DNA of 64,000 bases. Source: Marsupella aquatica (Eukaryota > Plantae > Marchantiophyta). How positions within the stretch are numbered: position 1 is the stretch's first letter; every line of letters begins with the position of its first letter. Positions 27,689 through 40,997 of the stretch are shown piece after piece. The DNA is taken from NCBI GenBank assembly GCA_973895155.1, contig OZ316895.1, positions 16,002,816 to 16,066,815 of the forward strand. Direction: 5' to 3'. Below the pieces are notes generated by a model that ran no database searches, had not been told where the DNA came from, and was given only the letters and a program-made list of their open reading frames with translations. A program made the position numbers and the translations under genes.

Positions 27689-29185
27689 ATGTGGAAACGC
27701 GAAGTTACCAGTGACAACAGTTCACCCACTTTGCGATGAATCCCTGCAACACAGATGATAGCATTCAGTGCTCTGTATGCTCCTAGATCCCTAACAGCTA
27801 ATCTAAGACACATTGGAGAGGTTACAATTAAGTTTAAAGGGAACTAGGTAACAGAAAACTGTTGGAGAGAATGTTGAGCACCAAAATATTTAGGATGTAC
27901 GATTGGCCCCGAGCAACTAGAAGGGACAGGCAAACGAGCGGCAGCAGAATTGGTTCGGAACATCCTTAGAGCACTGGATATAAAGAGTTTCAATTCGAGA
28001 TTCGATATCGTCCACTTCCATTGACAAAACATGTCAGGAAAACTCTAGATATCCTCTGAAGCGGAGATCAACAAAACAGTTCATACCGGTCATAGTATCG
28101 TTCAACGAGAGAAAAGATAAAGACAGCCAGCGAGAGGAACACAGAAACATATACAAGAATGAAAGCCTTGCAAGAGGTGCAAGTGGAGATTCCGCTGGAT
28201 CTCTTAGGTTGTCTTCATTCGACCCAAAAAGCCCCTCTCACAGACCAGATCGTAGGAACCGATCATCCAGAACCAATGCTCCCAGATTTTTCGATTTTTT
28301 CCATCTTTGGCTCGTTTCAGTACCATTTGGATGTCTCTTCTAAAAAATTCCAATGATTGAAGAGCTGATAAATTTGAACAAAGATGGATCTTTTTTCGGT
28401 AAAGCACAGGGAAGAGAAAACTCCTGACCCAAACAACACAAGTCTTCGCGACCAATACTATGTACAGACATGAGAAGTAACTTCCCCACAGCGATTCACC
28501 GAATCCACGGATAGAATTCACAACATAAGAGAGCAATGAAGCCCATTGGGCAGAATCATATCGCTTGGGCTCATACTTTTACCTTGACGAAGTTCACAAC
28601 ATCAGCGATATCTATGGATGTCATTACAATTAATGACAGACACCATGAAATAATGGAGCCAACGAAAAGACAGGGAGACTAGTGGACTACGGAATAAGTA
28701 CGCTGGATCAAAACAATTCAGCGAAGAAATGCGTGAAGCATGGTACGTTACAAATTAGAGGTAGGCGGAAGGAGCTGACAAATCGTCGAGCCGCCAACAA
28801 TTCCGAATCACAATTAACTTGCTGCACTCATGCGCACGGCTCCGCAACGAACCAGCTGACCAGGGGAATTGAACGACCACATCGCTGTCATCCAGACACA
28901 GAGTGCACCGCACTGCCCTGGAAAGAGGCGAAAAGGTACCCCACGCTCCCCGCCTCGAAATAAAGGGAGCCACACAGTCGCCGAAGTAGATAAAATACAG
29001 TAAGGGACTACGGGGCAGCACTGGGCAGGGCAGCAGCGCAGGACCTGGAACGGAAGGGAAAGGATGGGAAGACCGAGCAGCTCAAGCCGGGCAGGGTGAC
29101 GATCCAAGTCAGAAAGAGCTCTTGGGAAGAAGCGAAGAGAATAGAAGAGAAGAAAATTATGGAGAGCAAAACGCAACAGTGCAAG

Positions 29186-29213
29186 GACAGACAGACAGAC
29201 AGACAGACAGACA
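29186..29213. repeat. (GACA)n microsatellite upstream of CLPS1
   Basis: gacagacagacagacagacagacagaca. Confidence 0.9.
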
Positions 29214-32200
29214 GGGAAGGACGGCGGGGGAAGAAGCAGCAGACAAGGGAGAAGGAAAGATTGTCGTGCTCTCAGTCATAATCCGTAAAGTACCGTGATG
29301 AGAATCGCCGCGCGCGCCGACCGTTTTCAATCTCAATCAGAAGCAAGACGAGCGCCTCCAAGCCAAGGCAAGGCAATCACAAACCAAGAGATCGGTCGAG
29401 AGATTTGGTGGAAATGCTCTGTTCCAATTCTAATATATTCTATTCTATTGATGAGCAGCAGCGCCGACACCACCAGCCCGGGAGCGGGGAAAGCTCGAGG
29501 TAGCCATGGACTCCTCCCTCGTCCTACAGTAATCTAGTCTTCTGTTCTGTTCTGTTCAGTTCAGTCCATTCCATTTCATAGGAGTAGAACTGTAGTTCGA
29601 GTCCTTCCTGTGGGCACACAGCCAGTGAGCCGAGCGAAGTGGAGGAAAGGCTGTCCTTCGTTCAATTGGATGTTTTAAGGCAAAAAGAAAGGCTGTCCTT
29701 CGCTGCTGATTCGCATGAAAGGCAGAGAAACGAAGACGGAGGGATCGGAGAAAGAGGGCGGGCGGGACGGGACGGGACGCGAAGGGACGGGACGGGACGG
29801 GAACGGCAGACGAGGAGGAGGGGACGAGCGATCTCGACGTGTCCGTTTCTGACTCGCCCATTGTCCGCCCCCGCCCCCGCCCCCCTTTGTTTCAGTCCAC
29901 TAGTACTTATGTGTCACTTCACAAGAAACACTTCCCAAGCGGAGATAAAATATTAGATCTCGTTGACACATCAACTAGTATAATACCCCGTTTTGCCTTT
30001 ATATCTCGTTGACACATCAACTACTACGATATCTAATCTTTCCTTTTTTCTCATCATCCTCTGCTTACAAAATAAGATTCGGGTGGGAGAATTTGTGGCC
30101 GTTCAATTGCTGGGAGTTTTTCCTGGGCCTTGGATCAGACAAATGAGGCCCTCAATAGGGCGTCTCAATTATGGAAAAAAAACTTCAAACTCGGGTGACT
30201 CTATACACACTCGGGCGGACCGGGAGAGTGTTGATGCAGGCCAAGAAATTTTGGGGTAGTCAATTCTGAGACGGGTTGCGGGTGGAGATGCCGCAGAGTC
30301 GACGAGACGCTGCTCCCTGTGCTGTTTTGCGCGATGGCTGTGCTGTTTTGCATGAAGAGCTAATCACGGTCGGGCGGGGGTTTCCAGTGTAAATTTCCCG
30401 GGCATAACTGGTCGGGCACCACAATCTGGGCGCTGATACTCCCGGGCGCTGATAATCCCGGGCGCTGAAATTCCCGCAACTGGCCATATGTGAGACGCCC
30501 TAATACACCCTCCTTGCTTGCCCTGCTCTCCTGCCCCTGGCTGATAGATCCTCACCTGGACCAAGTCTCCTTGCCCTTTGTGCGGGCCTCAATCCTCACC
30601 TGGCCCCACCTTGCCCGTGGTGCCCTGCCCAAATGCAGTAAGTAGTGTGGTAGTTTTGGTATAAGTGCCCACCTGCCTCTGCCCAAAAGTGCCCACCTGC
30701 CTCTGCCCAAAAGTGCCTTCCTGCCATGAAGAAAAAATACAAAAAGGAAAATAAGACAACAAGGCAAACAAACAAGTGAAAATTTTGATATAAGAAACCT
30801 CTCTCTTGTCATGCGACCAAGTTTGGACTCCACAAAGCTGCAGCTGCCACCACCCAAGCGCACCCTAGCCTCAACGACAATTGTATTACCCATGTGCATT
30901 GGGGTGACAAGAGAAGGGAAGGAGGAGGGGAGGGGAGGGGAGGCGAGGCCTTAAAGGGGGAATTCACCCTCCACCTAGCGCTAGCCTTAGGGCCAACTCG
31001 CATGTAGTCGGTCCTTCAGAATGCGGCCTTCACACTTGCCTAACGTTAGAGCATAAAGCACGATCTTGTTGATGCAGTCGATCCTACCCACTCCAACATG
31101 CAGTCCAGCCTTTCGACCCCGTGTCCCTGCTGTGTCGTTATGTGCACACAGTATACGGGGAAGATTGACGGGATGAGGCTTTGCAAACCGAGTGAACCTG
31201 TAAATCGATATGTGCAACGACTGAACCCTGCAAAAGTGCCGAAAGCAAATACAAAGGAAAGCCGAAAGCAAAAACACAATGATGACTGAACCCTGCAAAC
31301 TTCTCAAATAATTTTCAGCTTCCAAATTCGATCATGTCTGATTTCAACTATGCACCCCCCCGTTCGGTTGATCTTGGCTGTGCGCTCCCAGACTTTCCAG
31401 CTGCTTGACGACATCTTTTTCTATTTCGATTTTCATTCAGTGAAAGACTTGGACAGTCCCTGGACATACCAGAAGATTCCTCCACAGCTTGTCGTGATGT
31501 ATTCCACCGACGCCAAATAGAGGACGATGCTTGGGAACGATGGCCGATGCCGCAGACTTCACCCGAGGAAAATAACTGTGGCCTTGTGCAACACCGTTTT
31601 CAGCAAGGAAGGCTTATTGGTTGTGCGAAGAAATCCCACCAGGGGGACGTTGAATGAGATTGTGGAGAGTACATAGCCACGAGAAATCTCACGAGGACAA
31701 AGATTGTGAAGAGGACATGGCCGGCTCCTGGACTGGAGGATAGAAAGTGTCGATCCTAGCCTAAACATAGACATTCTATTCTACACAAACATCCGATGAA
31801 CGATTCCATGTCCTCTGTTTGGTCTTCGATTTTTCTCTGAATTGGCCTCGATATTGAGCAATGTCGATTGTTGCTCTCGGGAAGTAGAGATTGTCGGATT
31901 GGGTAATCGGTGGGGACCTGCATTGCATTGCATAGAAGAGGAAGCAGCTGCTGCTTGCTTGACTGCCGCCGTATCAAGTCTTGTATTGCTGCCAAAGGAC
32001 TCTCGTTGTGCTCAAGGTCAATGTAGCGTGAAAAATAGATGTTCACACGAAGTGCTTTGAGTATTTTACTTGTACTGAATAAGTTCAAAGTATAGGACAT
32101 GTCCATATACTTGGAAAAACCAATTGCTTTTTCACTAAGATCACCAACACTCTATTTTTCTTTGGGATGACAATTCTAGATTGCTTTCATTTAGTTTGTA

Positions 32201-32303
32201 CAGGTTTTCTTCACTTGATATGATGGTTTCCCTTGATATAACTCTGTTTGTTTTCTTTCTTCCATATATTGTGCAGGCCTTGGGATTGCAAAACTTGGAA
32301 AAT

Positions 32304-33604
32304 ATGGTTCTTTCAAATGAGGAACTTGAAATCATTTTGTCAACAATTCTTGCATTCCAACAAGTGGTAGAGCAGCAAATTAATGCGATTTGCAGCTCTT
32401 GTTGGTAACTATTTTTTGGAATCAGGTGATGGGAGACTCCTTGCAAACTTGTTTATACTCTTCCAAACCATTCAACATGCATTTTCCAGAGACCATCGTC
32501 TTCTATCTGACAATTATATCGAGCCCAGATCTAGAGAATGGAGTGGCTGGTACCTTATGCATGTTATCAAAGACGATCTTGTCCGCTTCAAGCATTTGTT
32601 TCGCGTGTCACCCGCAACATTCATGTACATTTGCAACTTGGTTCGAGAAGATTTGACTACACATCCCCCACCTGGCCTTCGCAATTTGACCAACATGGCA
32701 TTGTCCGTTGAGCGACAAGTTGCCATAGTGCTGCATAGATTTGCTACTGGGTGTTTGTTGTTGACACTTTCGGAGATGTTTGGGGTTTCAGTTCCATGCA
32801 TTTCTGATGTGATTTGGCGATTTGTTAAGGCATTAACAAGACGCGGTAGAGAAAGACATTTGAGTTGGCCGCAAGGAGAGGCCATGGCAAGGGTGAAAGA
32901 GGAATTTTGCCAATTGCAAGGATTTCCAAATTGTTGTGGTGCAATTGATGCTACTCATTTTCAAGTGGAGTTACCTCTTGGAATAAACTCAACTGATTAT
33001 CGTGACTACAAACATGGCCAAAGCATTTCGATGCAAGCCATTTGTGATGGTCGACTTTGATTTTTGGATGTCTTTGCAGGATGGCCTGGTAGCATTCAAG
33101 ATTCACGACTTTTGAGAGTCTTAGGTTTTTATGATGACATTTTGACACAACGCACAAAACTCTCTGGTCCCACATTTACAGCTCCGACAGGAGTATATTA
33201 TTGGTGATGCTGGCTACCCTGCTTATCCTTGGTTGCTAAACCCTTTTCCAGCAACTAGAGAGCATAGTCAAAAGAGAGAGTTCAACTACAGGCTTAGCTC
33301 AACTAGGATGTGTGTGGAGCGTGCTTTTGGTCAAGTGAAAAATAGTTGGAGATTTGTTTCTCGCAAAATGTTTTGGCCGCATTCATATCGATTGCCACAT
33401 TATATTACATGTGCATGCCTTTTGCATAACATTCATATTGACCGTGGAGATGTATATGATCCAGCATGGGGTATAGATGCAGACCCTCCATATGAACCTG
33501 GAGGTCCCCCTGCTGCACCTCAAACTTCAAATAATGGGCGTAGATATCGTATTGCAATGATGAATCATTTGCTACCTGAGGGAGAATGGGGGCATGAAGC
33601 TTAG
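32304..33604 (+). pseudogene. Harbinger (HARBI1/DDE_Tnp_4-like) transposase, disrupted
   Basis: Motifs FRVSPATF, LSVERQVAIVLHRFATG, GFPNCCGAIDATH, GWPGSIQDSR, IGDAGYP, FNYRLSSTRMCVERAFG and CLLHNI. Frameshift near 32385, in-frame TGA at 33058-60, frameshift or deletion near 33185. Confidence 0.9.
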
Positions 33605-33783
33605 AGTGTGCTGCCCGAGTTGCCAATAGATGTAATAGACAATGATGAAATTTAATAAAACCAAACTGTGCATGAAAATGGCACCATATTTTATTCATGT
33701 GCAATTGTATGTTGTCATTTCAAGAAGTACACTTGACTAAAATGGAAGTAGTTGCTTCTCTAAACCAAGTATGTGCAGCTACT

Positions 33784-34923
33784 CTATTGGGATGGTCGTG
33801 AAGAATTTGCTAGCTTCTCTAGAAGAATGTCATTCAAACGTCCCATCTGCTCAGCTGTTGTGGTTGATGTTGTGGTGATTGTTGTTGCCAAAACAGCAGA
33901 TTGCCGCTCACGGCTTTCACAATCAAACTTGGCCATGGAAACCATCTTTGCACAACTATTGGCCATGGATTTCAAATGTGCTTGTTTGTCGTTCCCAATC
34001 TTGGCTGCCTTTCGCTTTACACCTCTATTGCCGGGGCCAGAGAAGTCCTGAGGGGATGATGGTTGCTGCACTCCATCTGTACTCTCTGTATTTGGTTGCG
34101 CCCTCTCATGTGTTGGTCCTGTGAAATGTGTCTGGCTTGACGATGCCGACCTGTCTTCCTCAACCCCAACATCATCATCACCTGTAGAATAGTATAGACA
34201 TGATTCCTTGCATTTAGTAGAGCAAAGAGGAAGGAGAGAAATGTCACCCCAAAAATTTACAGTACCAATCCACCATAACAAAAATTAAATTGCACAATGT
34301 AAATGAAAGAAAAAATTCATCAGGTAGGAAAAAATAGATTACTCACTTCCAGATGACAAGTTGAATGGGTCCTGGTTTGTATTGTGGTTCATCCTAGAGT
34401 AATCAGATAAAAACTTCGTAGGTGGCGTGATGCGTGGAACATCTTTATACCATCCCAACAGATTTGCATACAGATCAACTGAGAAATGAGTCGGGAATTG
34501 TTGTAGGCGTCGCTCCTTCTCATCCATGTCAAAGTAAGAAATCTGCCTGGTCTTCTCCTTTTTCTCATAATCGTAAATCTTTTTGAACTTGCTGTCAATG
34601 AGCTGCCACTTCTTCTTGCAAGAGGATGGATCTCGAATAGGTCGGGTGAACCCCTCATCCTCCATAAATTTTGCCACGGCCTTCCATTTCAACTTGGTGC
34701 TAGTCATCTTTTGTTGCGTAGAACCCTCCATGATAACATTGAGGTGTTCAGATCGCTTGGCTGCAATCAAGCACTTCATCTCCTCATTTGTCCAATCAGG
34801 CAACTTATTCTTGATTGGAGGTTGTGGTGCACCGTTAGGACCTGTACCAATGTTGAGGTCCAAGTCAACTAATCGAATACGTTCTCGTGAAGGTAGACCA
34901 CGGCTCTGCTTCTGGCTCGTCAT
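33784..34923 (-). CDS. Harbinger Myb/SANT-like (trihelix) DNA-binding protein; exons 34923-34347 and 34181-33784
   Basis: WTNEEMKCLI...KWKAVAKFM...RDPSSCKKKWQLI is the trihelix/Myb-SANT tryptophan pattern. gtgagt donor and tctacag acceptor are phase-compatible. Convergent with the transposase, as is common in Harbingers. Confidence 0.85.
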
Positions 34924-35077
34924 CTGACATTACACAGTAGTATGCAAGAGACACAATTTCAGAAGCAAAAATTCATAAACAACTCTTGCGCAAGTGAACT
35001 CATTAAATTCCAAGTAGACATAAGATTCACATTTCATTTCAATGCATACTTAAGTACATCCCAACTTTATTCAAGTA

Positions 35078-36200
35078 CTAGCTCAATACCCGTGCGTTGC
35101 ACAAAAGAAGTCATGTCGGCCAAGATGTCGTTGAGAAAAAAAGATGTCGTGTCGGCCAACAGGTCGTTGAGAGAAAAAATGTAGTGTCAGCCAAGAGGTT
35201 GTGGAGAGAAAAAGATGTTGTGTCGGCCAAGAGGTCGTGGAGAAAAGAGATGTAGTGTCGGCCAAGAGGTCGTGGAGAAAAAAGATGTAGTGTCGGCCAA
35301 GAGGTCATGGAGAGAAAAGATGTTGTGTCGGCCAAGAGGTCGTTGAGAGAAAAGAAGTCGTTGAGAAAAAAAGATGGCCAAGAGGTCGTTAAGAGAAAAG
35401 AAGTCATTGAGGAAAAAATTTGTCATGTCGGTCAAGAGGTCGTTGAGAAAAAAGATGTCATGTTGGCCAAGATGTTGTCAAGAAAATAATTGTCATGTCA
35501 GCCAAGATGTCGTTGAGAAAAAATATGTCATGTCAGCAAAGACATCATTGAGGGAAAAGATGTCATGTCAGCCAAGACATCGTTGAGTGAAAATACTCGT
35601 GCATTGCACAAAAGATGTCCTTGAAATCATTTTGCCAAAGATGCCATTATGTGAAAGATGTTGATAAGAAAAATGTGTCATTTTGCCAAAGATATCGTGA
35701 AGTACAAGATGTTATAAAGAAAAAAAAGGTGTCATTTCATCCAAGTTGTCATTATGTGAAAGATGTTATGAAGTAAAAAGTCAAGGAGAGAAGGAGCAAG
35801 TCTTTTTCTTTGTTTGTTTTTTACCCAAAATGCCCTTGCATTTGAATGGCGACCACTCTATACATTGGCGCAATGTTATATTATCGGTTTCAGGTTTAAG
35901 GTTTTAGGGTTTAGCAAAGATGACCATTTTATCGCTATCCTTTCAATCCCCGTGCGTTGCATAAAAGATGTTGTTTGGTTAAAGATGTTGTTTGGTTAAA
36001 GATGTTGTTGAGAAATAGCTCATGGTGCAAAAGATATCATTGAATAAAAAATTGCACAAAACTTTTTGTTGAATGAAAGATATCATTGTGCAAAATACTG
36101 GCCACGGCAGCCACAAAAGTTCCCTTTTTCTTTTTTCTCCTTGCACAAAAAAATTCTTTGAATAAAAGACGTCATTGCGCAAACCACTGGCTATGACAAC
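35078..36200 (-). mobile_element. Non-autonomous Helitron-like insertion(s) with internal minisatellite; 3' end at 35078, 5' end undefined
   Basis: Minus strand ends ...gtgcaacgcacgggtattgagCTAG|t (hairpin gtgc-aac-gcac, spacer, CTAG followed by T), the canonical Helitron 3' end. Degenerate copies of the same end at ~35592-35610 and ~35942-35962. Confidence 0.65.
35105..35590. repeat. Minisatellite, ~33-35 bp unit (gtgtcggccaagaggtcgttgagagaaaaagat), >10 copies
   Basis: Directly visible tandem units; explains the repetitive spurious ORFs 35083-35586. Confidence 0.9.
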
Positions 36201-36990
36201 CACAAAAGTATAACAAAATGAGAGGTGTTTTTCCCCCCTTTTAAACTTTTTTTCCTCTTATGTTCCTTTTAAACCTTAACCTCCCCCTTTTCCCCATTTC
36301 ACCATCACTCCACTCGCTCGCCGCCCCCTCCCTCCCCACCCGTGCGCGACTGGAGCCCTTCGAGGGGCTGCCCTACATTGCAAGTGTGCCCCTCGCCCGA
36401 CAACTTGCCATCGACGTCCGTGTCATGCGTTTCACTATGTCTTTGGGCCTTATTACTGTTGTTTTTTGGCATTGAAAATGATAGTGCAAATGACTCTAAA
36501 AATCACCACAAATATTGGGAGAACAATTTTTTATTTATCAAGTAACTAAAATATTATTAGCAATTAAACTCCTATTATCACTATTATACAAAATTATGTT
36601 GCACATAATATTGAATATGTAGAATACTCTGAATATGTACAATACGGATCATGGAGGCCTGGAGGGAGTATCCTCCTTGATCCTCGTGCATTGATTGTCG
36701 TGCATTAATTAAAGTCTTTCACTTTTTGGGGTGTCTTGTGTCAGGTGTGATTATTTTGCTTGTCTTGGACAATGGTGTAACTTTTTGTGTCACACTAAAC
36801 TCAATCCACATTTTGATTTTATTACTTACCTTTGATCACATTTTTAAATTTTTATGCCCTTCAAATTTGAATGACGACCACTCTAAAAAGTGGCGCAACT
36901 GTGTATTATACTTTAGGATACAATTGAATCAAAATTTAATCATTTTGAGCCGCTGGAAAGTACGTCTAACTAAAACAAAAAAAACAATGG

Positions 36991-37569
36991 TCAAGGCTCT
37001 AAGCCAAGAGAATCACTATCTACACATCTTTTCTTTCTAGGTCTCACAAGGACAGCATCCTGGCCATGCAGTGATGGACCTATACTATTATAGACACAAG
37101 GTGTAGTAGAGCTCACGGCTTGTACTACATCAATAGCCATTTTTCCCTTGACCATATTTTTCTGCCCCACATCTATGCTATGTGCAACAATCTTAGAAAG
37201 ATTAGGAGAAATTGGAACCAAAGGTTCACGTGTAGCTATCACAATGTTTTTCTTGCCTAAATTGTCCAAAAACATTGCTTTCTGTGAGTGACCTCTTCTT
37301 TGCAAAATCTGAAGAGCCTCATATTGCATGTTTTCCAATGTGCTATTGACTTCATGAAGCTTCTGAATTTCTGCTTTCAAGCTTACTTTCTCTTGCTTTA
37401 GTTGTTCCGTCTCTCTACATAAGGCACTAGAATTACACATCTCGGCTGCCAACGCTGGCCACAACTGTTCACAAAACATAGACTCGAGCTCTGTGAAAGA
37501 CTCTTTAAAGTCCTTTAGCTGGCCCATAAACTTTTTTGCAACATCCTTCAATTCATGTTTGTTTTCCAT
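36991..37569 (-). CDS. Unknown 192-aa ORF with predicted coiled coil, inside the Harbinger TIRs
   Basis: ATG in good context (gccATGg) just after a ctttcag acceptor. Heptad-rich segment ETEQLKQEKVSLKAEIQKLHEVNSTLENM; basic RPRKKR near the end; possible donor at ~37047. Confidence 0.5.
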   Translation of the reverse strand: MENKHELKDVAKKFMGQLKDFKESFTELESMFCEQLWPALAAEMCNSSALCRETEQLKQEKVSLKAEIQKLHEVNSTLENMQYEALQILQRRGHSQKAMFLDNLGKKNIVIATREPLVPISPNLSKIVAHSIDVGQKNMVKGKMAIDVVQAVSSTTPCVYNSIGPSLHGQDAVLVRPRKKRCVDSDSLGLEP

Positions 37570-40500
37570 GGCGTAGTCCTACTCTGAAAGAAATTTCAAA
37601 CCTCAAATAATCACATTTCAGAAGTATGCTTGCTTCAAATCACTATCTAGTTGGCAGTGTGGTAGTATTTTGATGTTTCACCTATTCTACGAAAGCTTCT
37701 TGGGGCTGGGGTAGGGGACAACGGAGACATCTCAATAGAAGGTCTCAATAGAAGGCAGTGGGAAGAGCTGAATAGAAACTTAACAGCGACAGCTCAACCA
37801 AGAGAGCATCTCAGAGATCAAGAACAAAATAAAGAGAGCTCACCAGAACTTTCGCTGCTGAGTGAAGCAGTATTTCAGTAAGGAGAGACCGAGAATGAAA
37901 CCAGTAAGCAGCTTTGCTGCCACGACCTTCGATCAGCAGCAAGCAGTTTCGCTCCACTTCAATCAGCAGCAAGCCCTTTCGCTCCACCTTTTGCTGCTGA
38001 GTGAAGCTGAATTTCAGTAAGGAATGGAGAGGCCGAGAACAAATTCGAGCAAGCAGCAAGCAGGTTGAATTGAATTGAATTGAAACTACGACTGCTAAAC
38101 GGAGCCCCCAACACAAATCAGGTTGAATTTAATTTAATTGAAACTACTACTGCTAAACGGAGCCCCCAACACAAATCATCCGAAATACAGCAGTATACGA
38201 GATTGAGCCAGGTATCGATTGTGGATTGTTGTTTACTGCTCCAAGCTGAATGCTCGATGCTGAATTTTGAATGCTCTTCGTGACTACTTCAGACATTTCG
38301 TGACTACTTCAGACGTTGATTTCTCTCACTAGTGTTTAAACACAAAGGCCATATGCAGGGCGTTGTCCATAGTCCATATACAGGGCCGAGGTAGTTTGCA
38401 GGGATACCAGGAGAAAAGAGGCGGTGGGAACTGGGACTACAATAATCTACACTAAATCCATTGAAGCCCGTTGCACACAACACGTGTCAAGTGTGAATTT
38501 TGTTTTATTACCCAAGTGAAGTTCGGGACCTGCAAGGTCCGGAAAGGTTCCGGTCCTTGCCTTCACATTTCCTGAGTTTATGCCGTTAGGACTGGCAGGG
38601 CAGGAGGTGACGGCATCTTTCTCTCTTTCACTAGCATGCTGCCGATTGTCAGTTTTAGGGCCGCAAAGGGTAGGACCGACTCCATGCGAGTTGGCTCTTA
38701 GTTGTCATCACCTGTTTTGTGCTCAACCCCATGTTTTTCTAAACAACTCTTTTGGGGAAGGACCTCTTTACATAACTTATCATCTTTTATGCAACTGACC
38801 ATTTATGTAACTCACCATCTTTTATGCAACTTCTTTTACATGATGACGTCTTCTCCTCCACAACATCTTTTTCATAACAACATCTTTTGCCAGGTCATTT
38901 GCATAACAACATCTTTTGGGCAATGACATCTTCTCTATGCAACATATAAGTATTGAGCTCATGAAACACTAGGAGACTCTATTTTGCCAAAAAGTTGTCA
39001 TCTGTTTACAAAACAAGAAAAAGGGTAAAGCCAATTTGAGCCCTTCATCAAATTTTGATGTTTATGCAGCATCACCCATACACTTCTCCAATCTCAACTG
39101 TCTGCCCAAGCTTGCCTAAACTTGAAAATTTGAGAAGCTTTGAATATATGTAAAACTCAAATTATTGATTTATTCATTAAATTTTAGATAACTACCAAAA
39201 CAAAATTAAAACAAACAATACTCCTTCTTATTGTACGACAATGCACTCCACTATGAAGTGGCCACCGTCACCCATGTCCCCATGCTCTGCCCTTCACCCT
39301 CCCCGACAACAACATTTTCACAACAACAAGAACCCAGCCCAATTGTCAAGACTTATGCACCAACAAATTATGATACAGGGTCTCGTAATATTTTACCATA
39401 GTTGTTTTTTCAAATTTGACTAATGCCATGCCAAGGAAAGACTGAGGAGCAAAACAAGGGAAGGTTTAATTCTGGCCCCTTCAGTCCCAGGGATGGATGA
39501 GAAAAGGGGGCTGACCTCCTTCATGTAACAAAATCTTTTACACAGTAATTTCTTTTACATCACACCATTTTTACTCCCCAACATCTTTTGCAAAAGACAT
39601 TTCTTGCGGGTTTTGTGTAAAGACATCTTTAATGCAATGTCATCTTTGATGCAACAACTGAACATCTTTTGTGCAATGACGTTTTGTGTGCACACTGGTC
39701 AGAAATGGGGGATCCTGGCCCTTCATCAAAATCCAGGGAAAAATTAAATCAAAAACCAGATTGGAAAATTTTGAAAAACTCTGTGAAATAGAGTAAAGCT
39801 TTGTGATGCTCTTATTTAGCGTTTAACTGCAAAGAACTGGTGCTGGAGGAGATTATCCGGTCGAGTACAAGGTGACCGGAGATTGGCGGTGAAAAGTCTT
39901 TGGTCCAGAACAGATGCGACCTGTGTTCGTCATCATGAAATTTGGCATGGAGACATTCAAACCACACATCTGGTTGAGAGAGCGATGATGCGAGAGACGA
40001 ACGTCTGCCGAGAATCAAAGGATCAAGAAAGTAGAATTGGAAGATGTGGGAGAAATCCCGATCTCGAATTGTATTTTCTCAGAAGTTTATGTTTGAAATT
40101 GTGTGCAGGTAGCTATTTAGACATTCAAACAACATCCAAAATCGATCCATGAATTGGCTGAATACGCATGGTCAATAGTGTATAAACCGCCACATCTTTG
40201 CATGCAGAGGTAATCGGATTCGGGATGAAGAAGGAGAAATCTCTGTTTCGGAATATGTCTTCTCAGGAATGTCTGTTGAAAACTGCAGGCAGAGAGTCAG
40301 ATATTCAAACAACATGATCCATTGATCAACTGACTGCATCAGCTTGCTCAATAACGAATCAATCGACGTGATTGATGCAGAGCCATAGTTTATCGGAAGT
40401 CAGGATGCCGAATCCATGACATTGTTTCTGGAGGTGGTGTCGCTAATCAATTGATCGATATGTGTGTCTTGGTAGTAGGACATTTGAGAATTGGATTTCC

Positions 40501-40997
40501 TGGTGATAAGACAAATCGTCAGTTGCCTTCAAAGGCTGATGGCCGCCCTGGGCCGCGTCGTTTAGCTAGACCAAGAAACCCTACATCGAGAACTTAAATC
40601 AGACGTACCACACCGGGATAATATGATTGAAGCTAATCAAGCTCGATCTCCTTATTCGGAGCTGGAGAGATTTGGACAGCCTTCCATTCAAGGCCAGACC
40701 TTCTCTATATCGGTGAGAAGTGCCCAGGCGGACTGCTCGTCTTTGAAAACGTGTGATCTTGGAATTGCAAAAGACAAGAACGCTTCGCGTACAGTTTCCT
40801 GGCTAGATGCCACCCTGTTCAAATTCTCGACTAAATTGCTCTTTAATGTATCCGGGCGCATGCCATTATACCCGGTCCTATAGGAGGACTATACCATTCC
40901 GTAGATTGATCGTTCAAGCCAATCTTTCTTCAACCGCTGCATGACCCGCATATACATTGGAGGAAGAAGTTGGAGGATTGGCTTTCGACGTGCAACC

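Larger units (their letters stand above)
30990..38697. mobile_element. PIF/Harbinger DNA transposon, 7708 bp, 26-bp TIRs, TTA target-site duplication
   Basis: Left TIR gggccaactcgcatgtagtcggtcct (30990-31015) pairs with right TIR aggaccgactccatgcgagttggctc (38672-38697) at 24/26. TTA at 30987-89 and 38698-700. Contains convergent transposase and Myb/SANT genes. Confidence 0.93.

Noticed and set aside
28814-28891. MTAMWSFNSPGQ... as the first coding exon of CLPS1
   Set aside because: It has no good donor and ends in a stop; the exon at 27688-27625 gives a phase-correct 159-aa protein.
35083-35586. Several repetitive ORFs on both strands
   Set aside because: Translation artefacts of the minisatellite.
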